Part shown: piece by piece, positions 26,261 through 38,715 of the stretch
How positions within the stretch are numbered: the first letter of the stretch is position 1
Layout of the letters: every line of letters starts with the position of its first letter
Source of the DNA: Amoebophrya sp. A120
Taxonomy: Eukaryota; Protista; Dinoflagellata
Length of the DNA stretch: 64,000 bases
Direction: 5' to 3'
NCBI GenBank assembly: GCA_905178155.1
Contig: CAJINV010000005.1
Location: 290,254 to 354,253 of the forward strand
Notes under the pieces: model-generated
What the model was told of the DNA's origin: nothing
The model's input: the letters and a program-made list of their open reading frames with translations, nothing else
The model's database searches: none
Program-made: the position numbers and the translations under genes

Positions 26261-29200
26261 ATGGAAGAATCACTCCACACCTGCTTCGGAGGCTTCACGG
26301 GTTCTTCGCCCGAGGCGCGCGTCAGCGGTTTGCCATCGGCGCAGGCGCAAGAGCCCCCGACTAGACAAGCAAGAGCCTGCATTTTTTACAGAATTTGTTC
26401 CAGTACGACTGGCGGTACTAGGCTAACAGCACCCGCCGTCGCTGTTCCACCCTCCACCGCTACCGGAACGGCGATTTTCAGCCGCGACAGACGATGTCAC
26501 AGGAAGCACGAGGAACCAACTGGAGGACCTTCATCGCGATCCTCGCTGTTGCAGCTCTCCCGAGCGGTCGTACTTTTTTTCAGCAGCGACAGTTATCTTC
26601 CCGTTGTATCCGGTTTTCAGTTCGTACCGCGAAAGGACCGCGGAGATAGGACGAGCCAGGGTACTTCTAAAAAGATGAGTGCACTGCAAAAGAAAATCGT
26701 AGCAAAGAGGAACACCACCTCCAAGCGTCGTGCTGGTCCTGGTTTTGGTACAGCTTTTATTCATACCGGACCCGGAACAACGGAAGCGACTGCAATAGCA
26801 CGGAGGACGACCAGTAGTTCGGGAGAACAAAAGAGTCGTGGTAGCCCCTCTACAACGAGAGAAGATTCAAGAGGAGGTTCTTCCACTACAGAGGCAGGTT
26901 CTCATCCTCGCAGACCAACTGCAACAGTATCTTCGGGGGCGAGTCATGATGATTTCGGGTTGATGTCAAAGTCAGAAGGTGAGCAAGACCTACGCCAAGA
27001 AGGGGATAATCTGTCTACAGACGACGAACAGGACGTGGTTCTCAGTCTGGTGCAAGAAGGTCAGCAAGAAGGATTACTTTCTGCGGAGCAGCGTAAAGAG
27101 AAAGACCGGCCTTCCGACGGCGCGACCGAAAGCCAGAGGAATAGAGGTCTTAGCAGCCGTGAGCGCAATAGTATAGTCGAAAAAGAAAAACGGCACGATT
27201 CTTCCTTGCCTCCGTTCATCTCGTCCGGAAATAAAAGCGGCACAGCTACTACTTCTGCTGACCTGGTGCACGACGACAGTGATGGGGCCAGTTTGTCGGA
27301 ACGGGGTAGCAGGAGTTATATGCAGCTGGACCTTGTGTCTCAGAAAAGAGATCAAACGACAGCGTCGACTTCAGGAGCCGCGGGGAGAGACGACGGAAAA
27401 TTCATGTCACGATCCCTTGCGGCTAGGGGTCTGGTAGAAGAAGTGAAACTACGGCGAGAAAAGAAAGCCATCATCTCGCAAGCAGAACTAGAAGAGCCGG
27501 GTGCGGCGCAAGACAAAAAGATTTTTCCCCACGACCTACGGAACGGAGACCCGCTTCAGGATGACTTTGACATAGACGAAGACGGCGCGGGCGGCGATGA
27601 TTATAGCACTTTGGAAGTCGAGGAACGACACGTCGAAGAGCAGAAGCGGCTCGTGTCTCCCGTCTCGTCCCGCCCTTCGGTGCCGGACAGCGACCATTTT
27701 TTAACGTCAAAGGATTTTTTCTTGCAAAGCAGGGAGGTGCAGCAGGAACCATGGTGGTGGCGGCCCCAGCCACAGCAAGAATCGCAAGCACAGTCCGAAG
27801 CGAAAGTATGTGGGTTGGACATTTTTGACAGATGTACGCAGCCACAAGGGGGATGGGAGGAGGATGAGGACTACGACTACAGCAGTTACAAGGCAGAAGT
27901 CACCACGGAATGCAGCTGCCCGACAGGCACGAGTTGCTTTTTGAAAGGCGGGGCCGAGTTCGGGGTGTGCTATGAAAATCGCGAACAGTGCATGTCGAAG
28001 ATGCCGGAATTCAAGGCCTATTGCGAGGTGAACTTTGACCCGAAGTACCACGAGGGGTGCGGGAGTCCGTGGTTGTGCCAAACTATTGACGAGTACAACG
28101 CCTGCCTGGAGAATCCAAACAAAGACGGCTGCAACCTGCCGGCATTGGATCTCAACGTGCAACTCGGCTGCCAAGCGGCGGACGGGAGCGATTGCACGAC
28201 AGCGGGCGGGGGGCCGTTAGACTGCTACAGTAAGTGTGGCCAGTATTGGCATTTGAACTACTCTACGATTTGCAAAAGGGTCCTGCTCGTCGGTAAAAAC
28301 AGCGAAGTAGCAGTTGTACTGGGTGAGCATGTTGACTTGTTTTTTTGCATTAGGTGGTCATGCTAGTTTAGTAGATTCTTACGCGGCTTCTTGCATGTTT
28401 ACTTTTATGGGGAAGTGCAAGTGTGTCGCAAACGCTTCAATGCGCGTCGCGTGCTCAGGGAACTTACTCTGACGCACAGATTTTTCGCCCGTGACGATGT
28501 GTGCCGACTGAGTCTGCGAGGTATGATGTTCTTACAAAGAAAATCAACAAAAAGCGTCCACGTTTCTCACGCTGGAAACTCAGCGAGAGCCACGTGGTCC
28601 TCGAACTACGCATGCTGTTGGCACGACGCAACAGGGACACTTTTGCCCACGATACACCGTGGAGAATGCGACGGCTCACGTTGTAGCAGGAGAGAAACCA
28701 CATTCAACGCCTGCAGCGCGTCGGCCCCCGTGGGTGCACCGAACAAGTACATCGGAGCCTGTTGCAAATACGATTCCGGTGCGGCTGCAATAATAAAAAT
28801 ACACACAGACGAGTATGGCACTACATATCAGACCGGCTGCGGCCATCTCGTCGACGTGCAAGCCGCCACGGGCTTGCCCACCCTCGGGACCGATCCGCAA
28901 GCCATGGGTGGGCTATCCGGGCAGCCGAATGTGTGCATGGCCATCCCTGATTCGTGCGAGTCGGAGTGCGGCGGGCACGGCGGGGTGTGCGAGTTCTGCA
29001 ACCCTGGGGACGGCACACAGGGCGCGTGCTGCAAGAAGTCCAAGACCGACGAGCAAAACACGCCGGAAGGAAATCCATGCAATGCTCAGTTCTCGAACGG
29101 CATGGTCTTTCCGTTCGCCGACAACATGCCTAACAATTCTGACCTGTGGAAGCACGAGTGCGTGGTGGTTCCCGGAATCATGTTGTATGAAAGTGGACAA

Positions 29201-31986
29201 CTCTACTACTTCGTCCCCGGTCCCCTTATTCGTGATGCAAAGTGCCAAAGAAGCCCATCTTTTTTTAGTACTTCTTTTTCGTGTTGCAACATGAAAACAA
29301 GTAGACGAAACAGCGATACATCAACAGCTCCGTCGAATTCCAATGTGGGCGCAGATTTCAATTTGTCATGCAGGAGGTTGGTCCGTCATGTTTCTAATTA
29401 CTTTCAAAGTTGTTAAAAATACTGTAGATGGCGATGGCTTGTTTCAGATGATGAGGGAGAGGGAGAAGTAGCTCTGCGCACTTGCATAAGTTGAGCACGA
29501 CGACGACAACCACCACCGCCACAGAGTTGCACACGTCGCGCACGCACGGAACCGAGATCGAAATTCGATGTCCCAACTGTGACAGTACACTGGGCCAGCC
29601 GCTGGACTGCTGGAGCGCTTGCGATCCCGCGCAGCTCGAGTGGAGTGCGTGGTGCCCGCAGAGCTGCCTGATCGCGGACCAGGAGTTCCGCGGGGCCTGC
29701 TGCCGATTTGACCAAAACGTCAAGGCGATCGATGGGTTTGCGCCGCGGGAGTGCCAGGTCCTGGGGGCCCTGGACTTCGCGCAGAAGCCGTTCGGAGCCT
29801 CGGTGGAAAACCAGTCCGTGCTGAGTGGCATCACGCAGAGCTACCTCGACCAGGACAAGACCTACCATTCCTGCGTGGCGATCCCGAAGTGGGTGTCCGA
29901 CAACCACGTGAAGGAGGGTTGCAATACCGTCTGTGCGGGCAGCTTCCCCGGCGTTTGCGCTGCGTGCACCGCGCGGCTGGAGGGCGCTGGGCTACTCGCC
30001 CCGGAAAACGAGATCATGGAAGCGGCGTGCTGTAAGAAGAACGACCCCGGCATGGCGGCGGACAACGTGTGCCACGGCGCAACGGCGTTTCCCTACGCGG
30101 ACCGGCTGGCAACTCCGGAGGCCCTGGACTACGAGTGTGTCTGGGTGCCTAAGACCACGGAAGATACTTACGCGACACCAGTGCAGACGGACCCCACCTC
30201 CACGACGGAAACACCATCGGGCGAGACGGGCGGGGGGACCGACTCCACTCCAACTCTACTCCAACACCCAGGTGGCAGTGGTAGTACAACCGCGGCCCCG
30301 ATGATAGTACCAGAGGACGGAGTATCAAATGTGAAAATGTCTGGGTCTGGAAGAGTCATGCTGTTTTTGCATGACACAGGAGGTCTGGCATGGAAGCTCT
30401 AGCATCACAGGTTTCGAGAAGCTTCCGCATGACAAACCCCCCACTTTGGTGACAGAAAGTGCGCAGCTTTTGCTACCTATGCATGAGGGACTTTTCTGTG
30501 TTCTGAAATGCGCATCGCAAGTTTGTCTTCTTCCAGACCCAGACACATTTGCAATCCATACGGAGAAGCCGACGAAGAAGCGCCAGTCGGCATGATCATC
30601 GGCGGCGCCGCGGCCATAATCATTCTCGTGCTCGCATTGATTTTCCTCGTGTTTTGCTGTTTGGCCAACCGGGACCACGACGACGACGACGACAGATATG
30701 GGAGTGTCACCAGGTAGTTCGAAATTGACAAAGTTGAAATCATTTGCAAAGCATAGATCGAAATCGACACCAGTTGGCGGACCCTCTATTTCTAAACGGC
30801 GCATGACAATAAATTTAGAACGCAACCAGAGCCTATTTGCGATGCTGCTAGGGGCAAAGAAGACTGCTGCTTTTGTCATGCTCCTTCGCACCTCCAGCAC
30901 CTCTACCTGTAAAAGAAACTATCAAGCTACTTAAACAATCGCCCTCATTCGCCTTTTCTCCCATACAGATCTTTTGTGTGTTGCGTTTTCTTGTGCACTA
31001 TTTTCAACTTGCTTCGCCGATTTCGAACCTGACGGTTCCATAGAGACCGGGAGTACGCGTCCGACATTCTTGATACGTCCATAGAGCCGTCTATCAATCT
31101 GAGCGAGGACGAGAAAGAGTCCGACCTACCGTCCCACAAGCACAAGAAGCACGTGCGCAGCAAGGACCACAACAAGCACAGTCACCAAAACTCCAGCACC
31201 ATGGGGGAGCCGGAAATAGGCGACTTGATGGAGTCCACGGAAGACATCTACGACGACACTTATAGTAAGAATAAGAAGTCCAAGACGCGGCAGAGCAGAA
31301 CGAATACGCAACCAGCGGGGACGATGAATAATTCCTCGCTGGAGAAAAAGGGGCTCCAGAACAACAATTCTTCCCTCGAGAAGAAAGGACTGACCACCGG
31401 CAGTCAGCAGGAAAGCAGCACCGCCGTGCCCATGGACAAACGGGCCACGTTCGAGGCGCCCTCCTCTGCGAGGGGGACCTTCACGGGCGGCAGCGGGTTT
31501 ACGGGCGGCAGCGGCTTCAACTCGCGGCAGCAGCCCAGCCAGATGACGGACTTCGGGCAGCGGCTGTCGCAGATGCAGGTCGGCCCGGGGCACGCGGCCG
31601 AGGCGCGGAAGTCGCTGGCGCAAACCATTCTGGCGGACATCAACCAGAGTCAGAACTCCTACGCGGAAGACATGGTGAAAAGCAAAAAAGCGAAAAAGAA
31701 CAAGAAGTCCAAAGACAAACAGGGGGACGGCGGGACCAGCAACTATACCAGTAGCAACATGAGCTACTCCGACACAGACGCGTCGAATACCAGTAGCGCG
31801 AGAAGTAGGAAGAAGAAAAAGGACAAAAAGGCGCGAGCATCCCAACGGCTGTCTCAGCTGCCCACGCGCGCGTCACAGAGTCCCGGCCGCATCGTATGCT
31901 TGGTGAATAAAGAAGCACACTGCACAAGCATAGGAGACTGTTCTTGCATCAGATTGATGATTTTGCATTTACGATTGCGTGATTGA
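26261..31986 (+). CDS. Cysteine-rich type-I membrane protein, paralog C
   Basis: ORFs 26261, 28391, 29482, 30508 and 31153. Same Cys modules as A and B, TM MIIGGAAAIIILVLALIFLVFCCL, RKSLAQ tail motif. Exact start and last exon uncertain. Confidence 0.75.
29186..29488. mobile_element. Degenerate introner
   Basis: TATGAAAGTG...CTACTTCGTCCC / GGGAGAAGTAG...CACTTGCATA; flanks TGTTG / AGTTG; removal gives GIMLSTTTT. Confidence 0.8.
30323..30560. mobile_element. Introner element, family A
   Basis: Family A TIRs; TSD CGGAG; removal gives EDGEADEEAP. Confidence 0.95.
30697..31042. mobile_element. Degenerate family E-like introner
   Basis: TATGGGAGTGTCA...TTCGAAATTGACAAAGTTGAAA / TTTCAACTT...GATTTCGAACCTGACGGTTCCATA; TSD lost; both 30697-31047 and GT-AG 30714-31043 restore frame. 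Confidence 0.7.
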
Positions 31987-33385
31987 TATGGGGGGGGGTT
32001 CGACGAGAAGTACGACTAAGTCAAGTTCGCCTCCGCTGTAGAAAAGCTTTCTGAAATGATGCTATATGTGGGAGTGAAGAATATGAGAAGCCTCCTCCTC
32101 TGCAGATCTGAATAAAGACACCACTTTTGTCATGGAAATGGGTCGACGAATTCTCCCCGCGGCGGGGAGAAACTGGTGTGGCAAGGTAGATTGTCTTCAT
32201 GACTTCTCACATGCTCTTGCGTGTGCTTCTTTCCTCTCCGATACCCCTCCGCCTTCATGAATATCTCGAGCCAGATCAACCAAGCAGCGAGAAAGAGTAA
32301 AAGAAATAAGTAGCGTTTATGCGATTTTTTAAAGCTCCACACAGCACGACTTTTTGTGCCCTACGTAGCTGTTTGCGCTTTGGAAAATAGAAAGATAGAT
32401 AAATAGATTATTCCATCGAATTTTTTCTCAATCATTCTCCACGCACCCTTTTTTAGCATTACTTTAGACATTTACGCTTGTATGTTTTCCCATCTTGTTT
32501 GAGTAGTGTGCTCATGTTTTTCGGAGAAGAAATTCAAGAATTTACGGTAGGAGAACGTGTCCTCAACCCCCAAGCTTACTATTGCTCCACCCCTTTAGAC
32601 CGATAGTTTTCGTTGTCGAATTATTTGTTCAACTCGCTTTCTGTCGCGTACGCTAGAAAAAGGCAAGTAGCATCAAAACCTGTTTCCACTTCTTTGGAGG
32701 GTTGCCCAGGCCTGTTTCCGGAATGGTATTTGGACAAAGCTAGGCGTTGTTCGTCTTTAACTGGAAAATTCGAAAACTCTCGGTTTCGTAATTCGTCCAC
32801 TGCCACGGAGTCTTCTTTCCTCCTGAATTACAACTCGTTTACTCGGTTTGTGTCTGCCAACATCAATTCGTGCTCTGCTCGGTTTGTTTCCTTTTGTCAG
32901 AAACAAGAAATACAAGTTGTAAGCCCCTTCGTGGTCCCGCCCAATCTGGCCGGTCTCGGTGTATGGTCTTCACAGTATTTTACTCGTGCGCTTATTTTTG
33001 TTTTCGTACAACCCGCTTTATTAGCTTTTCGTCCCGACAGACTACACCAACACCGATAGATATCATTTTCGTGCTTCTGGTGGAATATCGGTCGTTCACT
33101 AGCTTCAGTGATGCTCGGTAAAAATCTGTTCGCAATTCGTTTCAATTTCAAATAAATTACCAGTACGTTATTTTATCCCCCGTTTATCCACCTCTTGACC
33201 ACTGATAGACCGGTAGCTACAGTATGATTTTGGTCAAATCTTCGCGATCACATAGTTTCCCCCGCAACGTCGTCTTCGAGAACTCTAAGTAGAACCACTC
33301 GACGTTATCGACAAAAACATTGCAATACTAGACTGTCCCATCATCGATCCCGCCTTGGCACGACTAACAAAATATTATCGCGAGA

Positions 33386-36300
33386 ATGAACACCCCAACG
33401 CCCCCACCCCCGACCAGCACCGCCGAGGGCGTGAACCAGGCGATCTATGTCGCGCTGCGGATCCGTCCGTTCGTGCCCCGCGAAGCGGGGGAGGACCGGA
33501 TTTTGTTTTGCAAGAACGGGAAGTTGGAGCTGTTGAACCCGCAACTGAAGAAGCAGAAGCAAACCTTCGACGGGTTTGACGAATTGATGGACAGCTCCGT
33601 GGACAAGCAAGACGTGTATTACTTCGATCAGCAGAAGGTGTACGATACATTAGGGAAAAAAGTGTTCCGCACCGTGACCGACGGGTACTCCGCGGCGCTG
33701 TTTGCCTACGGGCAGACCGGCAGCGGGAAGACGACCACGGTGACGGGGCACTTAGATGTGAAGCACGACCACGGGCTGCTGCCCAGACTCCTCCAGGACC
33801 TCTTCGCGTTTCAGGAGCAGCAGGCGAAGCTGAATTTATCAACTGTAAAAATGTCTGGGTCTGGAAGAATTCATGTTTGTCATGCTTGTCTGTCATGACT
33901 CTTAAATCTGTCATGCACGTTACCCCAGAGCTCCGTTTTTCTGTGATGCAGAAGCAGTTTGTCATGCAGAATAGGCAACACCGACATAGGAGCTCAGAAA
34001 CTTGTCATGCTGAGCCAGAATCTGTGGCCTCATCATGAGACGCCACCCAGCATCACAAGTTTCCAGACCGAGACATTTTTACATTTGATAGAATTTGAGT
34101 GAGCACAAAATCCAATGCAGCGTGTTGGAGATCTACAACGAGCGGCTCCGCGACCTGCTGATCCCGAAGGACCAGGAGATCCGGGAAAAAATCGACATCC
34201 GGTCGCACCCGAGGTTAGGGAATTACATCCCGAATTTGACCATCGAAATCGTGAAAGACTTGAACGAGGCGAACCATTGCATGGAGTTCGCGCGCTTGAA
34301 TCAGACCGTCGCGTCCACGCAGATGAACGCGAAATCCAGTCGGGCACACACCGTGTTTTCCTTCAAGATGGAGAAGGTGGTGAAGTCCATCGGGCAAGGG
34401 ACAAGTGCAACGGAGATGTTGAACAGCAATTCAGCATCTACGACGACGTCCTCTACCCTACATTTCGTCGACTTAGCCGGGCGCGAGAACGAAAAGACGA
34501 CCTTGGCGCGGGGGGAGCGGCTGGTGGAATTAGGGTTCATCAACAAATCCTTATTCCACTTGTCCAACTGCATCCAAGCGCTGGGGCAATCCTCGAAGGG
34601 GAGCGGAAATTATCCGAAGATCAAGGGCACGATCGATATCGGGAAAGCGAACTACCGAAACTCGAAAATTACGATGCTGTTACAGGAAGCGCTGTCGGGA
34701 AACAGTCGGACGTTCATGGTCGGAACGCTGTCCCCCGCCGCGTCGGCGTTCGACGAAAACGCGGTGACCCTGCGGTTTGCGGCAACTTGTAAAAACATCA
34801 AAACGCTGTCGAGCAAGATTGAGGCGAAGGAATCGGACACGGTGGTGCAGCTGCAAACGGAAATTGAACGGCTAAAACAGCAGTTGGTCATCGCGCGGGA
34901 GGAACAAGACTTGGCCATACGTACTATCGGGGATTTTTGTTTTTTGGATCTTCTGCGTTTATTTCTCCAGTTTTGAAAATCGCGGTCATCTTTAATGTAC
35001 GAAGGTAGACTTCTTCTTCTAGTGCAACCTCAGATTTCTAGTGCTCTACAGACAAAAATATAAAACTGCTCCATTATGTCTTCCTCTTCGCCAGCCTTGA
35101 GAATTATCTTGTATCATGATCATAAGTTCAACAGTTTTCATCTTCGAACAAAATCCCCACAGAACGGCGGGAGCCCAGCGTCCACGAGACGCCGCAGGAG
35201 GTGCAGGAGCAGCTGGAGGCGGTGCAGGCCGCGCTCGCGGAGAAGACCAAGACGGCCCAGCAACTGTCGGAGGAAGCGGAAAGGTTGCGGAAGTACCGAC
35301 ACGCGATGATGATGCGACTGGGTGTCGCGAAAGTGCAGTTGCTGCACGAAAAGGAGAAACACGAACTTTTACCGTTACTGTCCAACGAGTCTTCCGATCC
35401 GCACCAGTGCGGAAAACTGCAGTACTCGTTTACCCACTTGAAAACTTGGTACTTCGGGGACAATTTCGACGCGGTCGTTTTAACGGCGAAGAAGAACGGC
35501 GAATACGAGGAAGCCGACACGGCGCCGACCTATTTCGCGTCCCACGCCATCTCGTCCGAGAAGCTGCCCAATTGCGCGGAGTTGATTGGCTTTCAGACCG
35601 CCCCGGTGCTGTGCAAAGTGGTTTGCACGCAAACCCGTGACGGGCCGCAATTGCAGGTGATGAAGCTGTGCGAGGATGGGGATAACGCGGCGGTTATCCT
35701 GAGTAAAAACGTACCCACACCAGAGTCAGGATGGGGATTTTGCAACACAAACCTAGGAGTTTTAGGACTCACGCATGACAAATTTCAGTCCGTAAAGTAG
35801 TGCAAGTTAGCAAGGAAAGCCGCGTCACAAATCGACCTTCTGATCCTGTTTACAGCATTACAAGTTCCCAAACACGATTGAAAATGCCTGTCATGGGGTT
35901 GCGCATCACAAATGTTCCTGTCATGGCAAATCTGCATGAAAACTCTGGGGTGGGGACGTTTTTACACAGGATAGCGGTGCTTTTGAATAACGAGGAATTG
36001 AAACAGAACCAGCTGTATCAAATGTAAAAATGTCTGGGTCTGGAAGGATCCAACTTGTCATGCTGATTTTGGATTCTAAAAAAATCTGCATTGCATGAGC
36101 AGCAAAGAGAGTCCAAATTTTGCAGCACGGAAAGGGCATTTGTCATGCGGGATAGGCATCAGAAAGCCCTCTCAAAATCTGTGATGCTAGGGCATGCGTC
36201 ACAGACTTGAGGAGTCATGCAAAATATGCATGACACACCCGGCAATCTTCCAGACCCAGACATTTTTACATTTGATAAGCTGTCCAGACCGCTGCAGCAG

Positions 36301-38715
36301 GGGGACAAGCTACTCTTCGGCCGGAGTTTCTGCTTCCGCTGCTACTTGCAAAACGCCGAGCCGACGGACGACGCACTGCACACGCCGCGAAACCGCCGGA
36401 CGCAGTTCAATACCTCAGATGAAGTGCTGAACGCGTTGCAGACCTTACTACCGAAACAGGACTTCGTCAATACCTTCAAGCTCCACCACGCGAAGCAATT
36501 CGTTTCCAACATGAAGTCACTCTCCATCGATCACGAAAAGAAGACGCGGAAGTTTCTCTACGAAGCGTGCAAACTGAAAGCCTTGGTTGAGGAGGCGAAC
36601 GAGATGACCACCGCGTTGCGGCCCTCCGACGGTTTGTTTATCGAGCTGGCGCACGCGGCGCCCATTGTCTACATGGGCTACCCGGACGCGTACGTCCCGT
36701 TACCCATCGTGCGGCTGGCGCGGCGGGTCGATCAGGATTGGAAGAAGTGGCGGTTGCGGAATTCCGGGCTGCAAAAGGCGAACAATTTGCATTTGTCGGA
36801 AAACCATCTGGCCGAAATGGATTTCGAGCACCACCACCACGAGGAACATCTGGACCAGGAGGACGAAACGCTGTTCGTGTGGAACGTGCCGAAGTTCCTG
36901 AACCGGTTGGAACTGATGCGCGACATCTACCACAGCTGGCAGCAGGGGCACGAGATCGTGGTCGATCTGAAAAACGACCCGTGGGTGGAGGCGGGGCCGG
37001 TGGAAATCGAGTTTTGGATGTCGAAGTACACGCGGGAAATGGAAAGTCAGAAGGAGGAAACGGAGCTGAAGGTGAAGCAACTGAGAAAGGAGAAGGACCA
37101 GTTGCTCGTGGAAAAAAATGAAAATGAAACGCAGAAAAAACAGCTTGAAAAACAGATCCAAGACTTGGAAGTCCAACTCTCCGCGGTGAAGGAGGTGCAC
37201 GACAAGCAGGCCGAGCAGCAGACGAGCGCTTTTTCCGAGCGGGAACTGCAATTGCGACAGGAAATCGCCCGGTTGAAGACGGAGCTGGAGCAGAAGATAA
37301 CCGACATCGCGAAAATCGAGCAGGCACATATGACCTGCTCAAACGTTACAATCTCAAACGTTACAATAGAACGTGAGTTTTGTATTGCATGATGAGCATG
37401 ACAGACTCGGACAGCATTCCACTTTCTGCAATACAAATTTCGCCAGATTGTAGTGCGGATTGGGACTCCAGAACTTGTCATGCGGAATCCTATGAGATTT
37501 GGCTAGGTCATGCACTTTTGCATCACAGATTTCCATACTCTATTGTAACGTTTGAGATTGTAACACCTGATCGGGTTATAGCACATCACGAGGAGCTGCT
37601 GGATTTGTCGAAGAAACAGAAATTGATGCAGGTGGAGGCGTATGCTTTGCAAACATGTCTGGGTCTGGAAGGATGCGAACTTGTGATGCCTGTTGCGGAT
37701 CGTACAAAAATCTGTGTTGCGTAACTTGCAAAAGGTGCCCACTCCTGGCCATGCTGAGAGGGCATGTGTCATGCAGAACAGGCATCACCCAGGGGCTGCA
37801 GATCCTGTGATGCTAGACCCTGCATTCCAGACTTGGTGGAGCTTGGATAAACTGCATCACAAATCTCGCAATCTTCCAGACCCAGACATTTTTGCATTTG
37901 ATAAGGCGGATATGGAAATCCGGAAGGTGAAAGACGAGATTAAAACCTCGGTTGTGAGGCAGAAAGAGTTCGACGAGAAACGGTTCTCGGAAGAGAAAAT
38001 GACCATGGAAAAGAAGTTTGAAATAGAACGGAAGCAACTGTACGAGCAGGGGGACGAACTGAGGCGGCAGTTGTCCGCGATGAAACAAACATCGGACGTA
38101 AAAGTTTCGCTGGAGCAGGAGAAATTGCAAACGTTGCAGAAGGAGCTGCAGGACCAAAGGGTGGCACTGTACGAGAAGATGGAAAAGGACAAGAAAATCC
38201 TGTTGCACGAGCACGAAACAATTTTGATATCCGAAAAACATAATTTCGAACGCGAAAAGACGGCCTTGCAGGCGGATTTGGATTCCCGGTTGAAAGAAAC
38301 ACAGGAAGATCTTGCGCGGTTGTTGGCGGAAGAGAGACAGAAAATGGAAAGGACGATTCAGCTGGAAAGAGAGGAATTTAGTCTGCAGCTGCAGAAACAG
38401 AGGGAGCTGTATGAGCAGATGCGGCGGGACCGGGATAGGATTCAATCCGAGCTAGAGCACGTCAGAAAGGACAAAGAAGCTTTGGAGGCATCTTTATTAG
38501 GGGATAAGGACCAGTCCGCCGCGCAGTTGAAGCGGTGCATGGAACTGAGTCTCGCGAACCAGAAACTGCTGGACCAGTTTTTTGTCGCGAAAAAAGGAAA
38601 TAACGCCAATAGCAACGAGCAACGGCCGAAGTCTCCAAGAAGTGGCGCGCCAAACATTGTGCAAATGACGGCGCCAGCGGGATCGAAGGGTAGCGCCGGC
38701 GGAGATAGGTTGTAG
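33386..38715 (+). CDS. Kinesin-3-like motor protein (N-terminal motor, FHA-like region, long coiled coil); 7 exons
   Basis: VALRIRP, P-loop GQTGSGKT, LEIYNE, NAKSSRAH, VDLAGRE, YRNSKITMLLQEALSGNSRT. FHA-like VLLNNEEL...LQQGDKLLFG is reconstituted across two elements. Predicted exons 33386-33836, 34096-34920, 35163-35694, 35979-36015, 36283-37328, 37586-37640, 37909-38715. Confidence 0.9.
33837..34090. mobile_element. Introner element, family A, within the kinesin motor domain
   Basis: Family A TIRs; TSD GAATT; interior is reverse-complement-similar to element 4732; removal gives KLNLSEHKIQC. Confidence 0.95.
35695..35973. mobile_element. Introner element, family B (279 bp)
   Basis: TIR TATCCTGAGTAAAAACGTACCCACACCAGAGT / ACTCTGGGGTGGGGACGTTTTTACACAGGATA; TSD GCGGT. 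Confidence 0.95.
36016..36277. mobile_element. Introner element, family A
   Basis: Perfect ~30-bp TIR; TSD AGCTG; interior similar to element 39549. Confidence 0.95.
37329..37580. mobile_element. Introner element, family C
   Basis: TIR of ~42 bp containing tandem CTCAAACGTTACAAT; TSD GCACA; removal gives EQAHHEELL. Confidence 0.93.
37641..37903. mobile_element. Introner element, family A
   Basis: Family A TIRs; TSD AGGCG; removal gives QVEADMEIRK. Confidence 0.95.
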
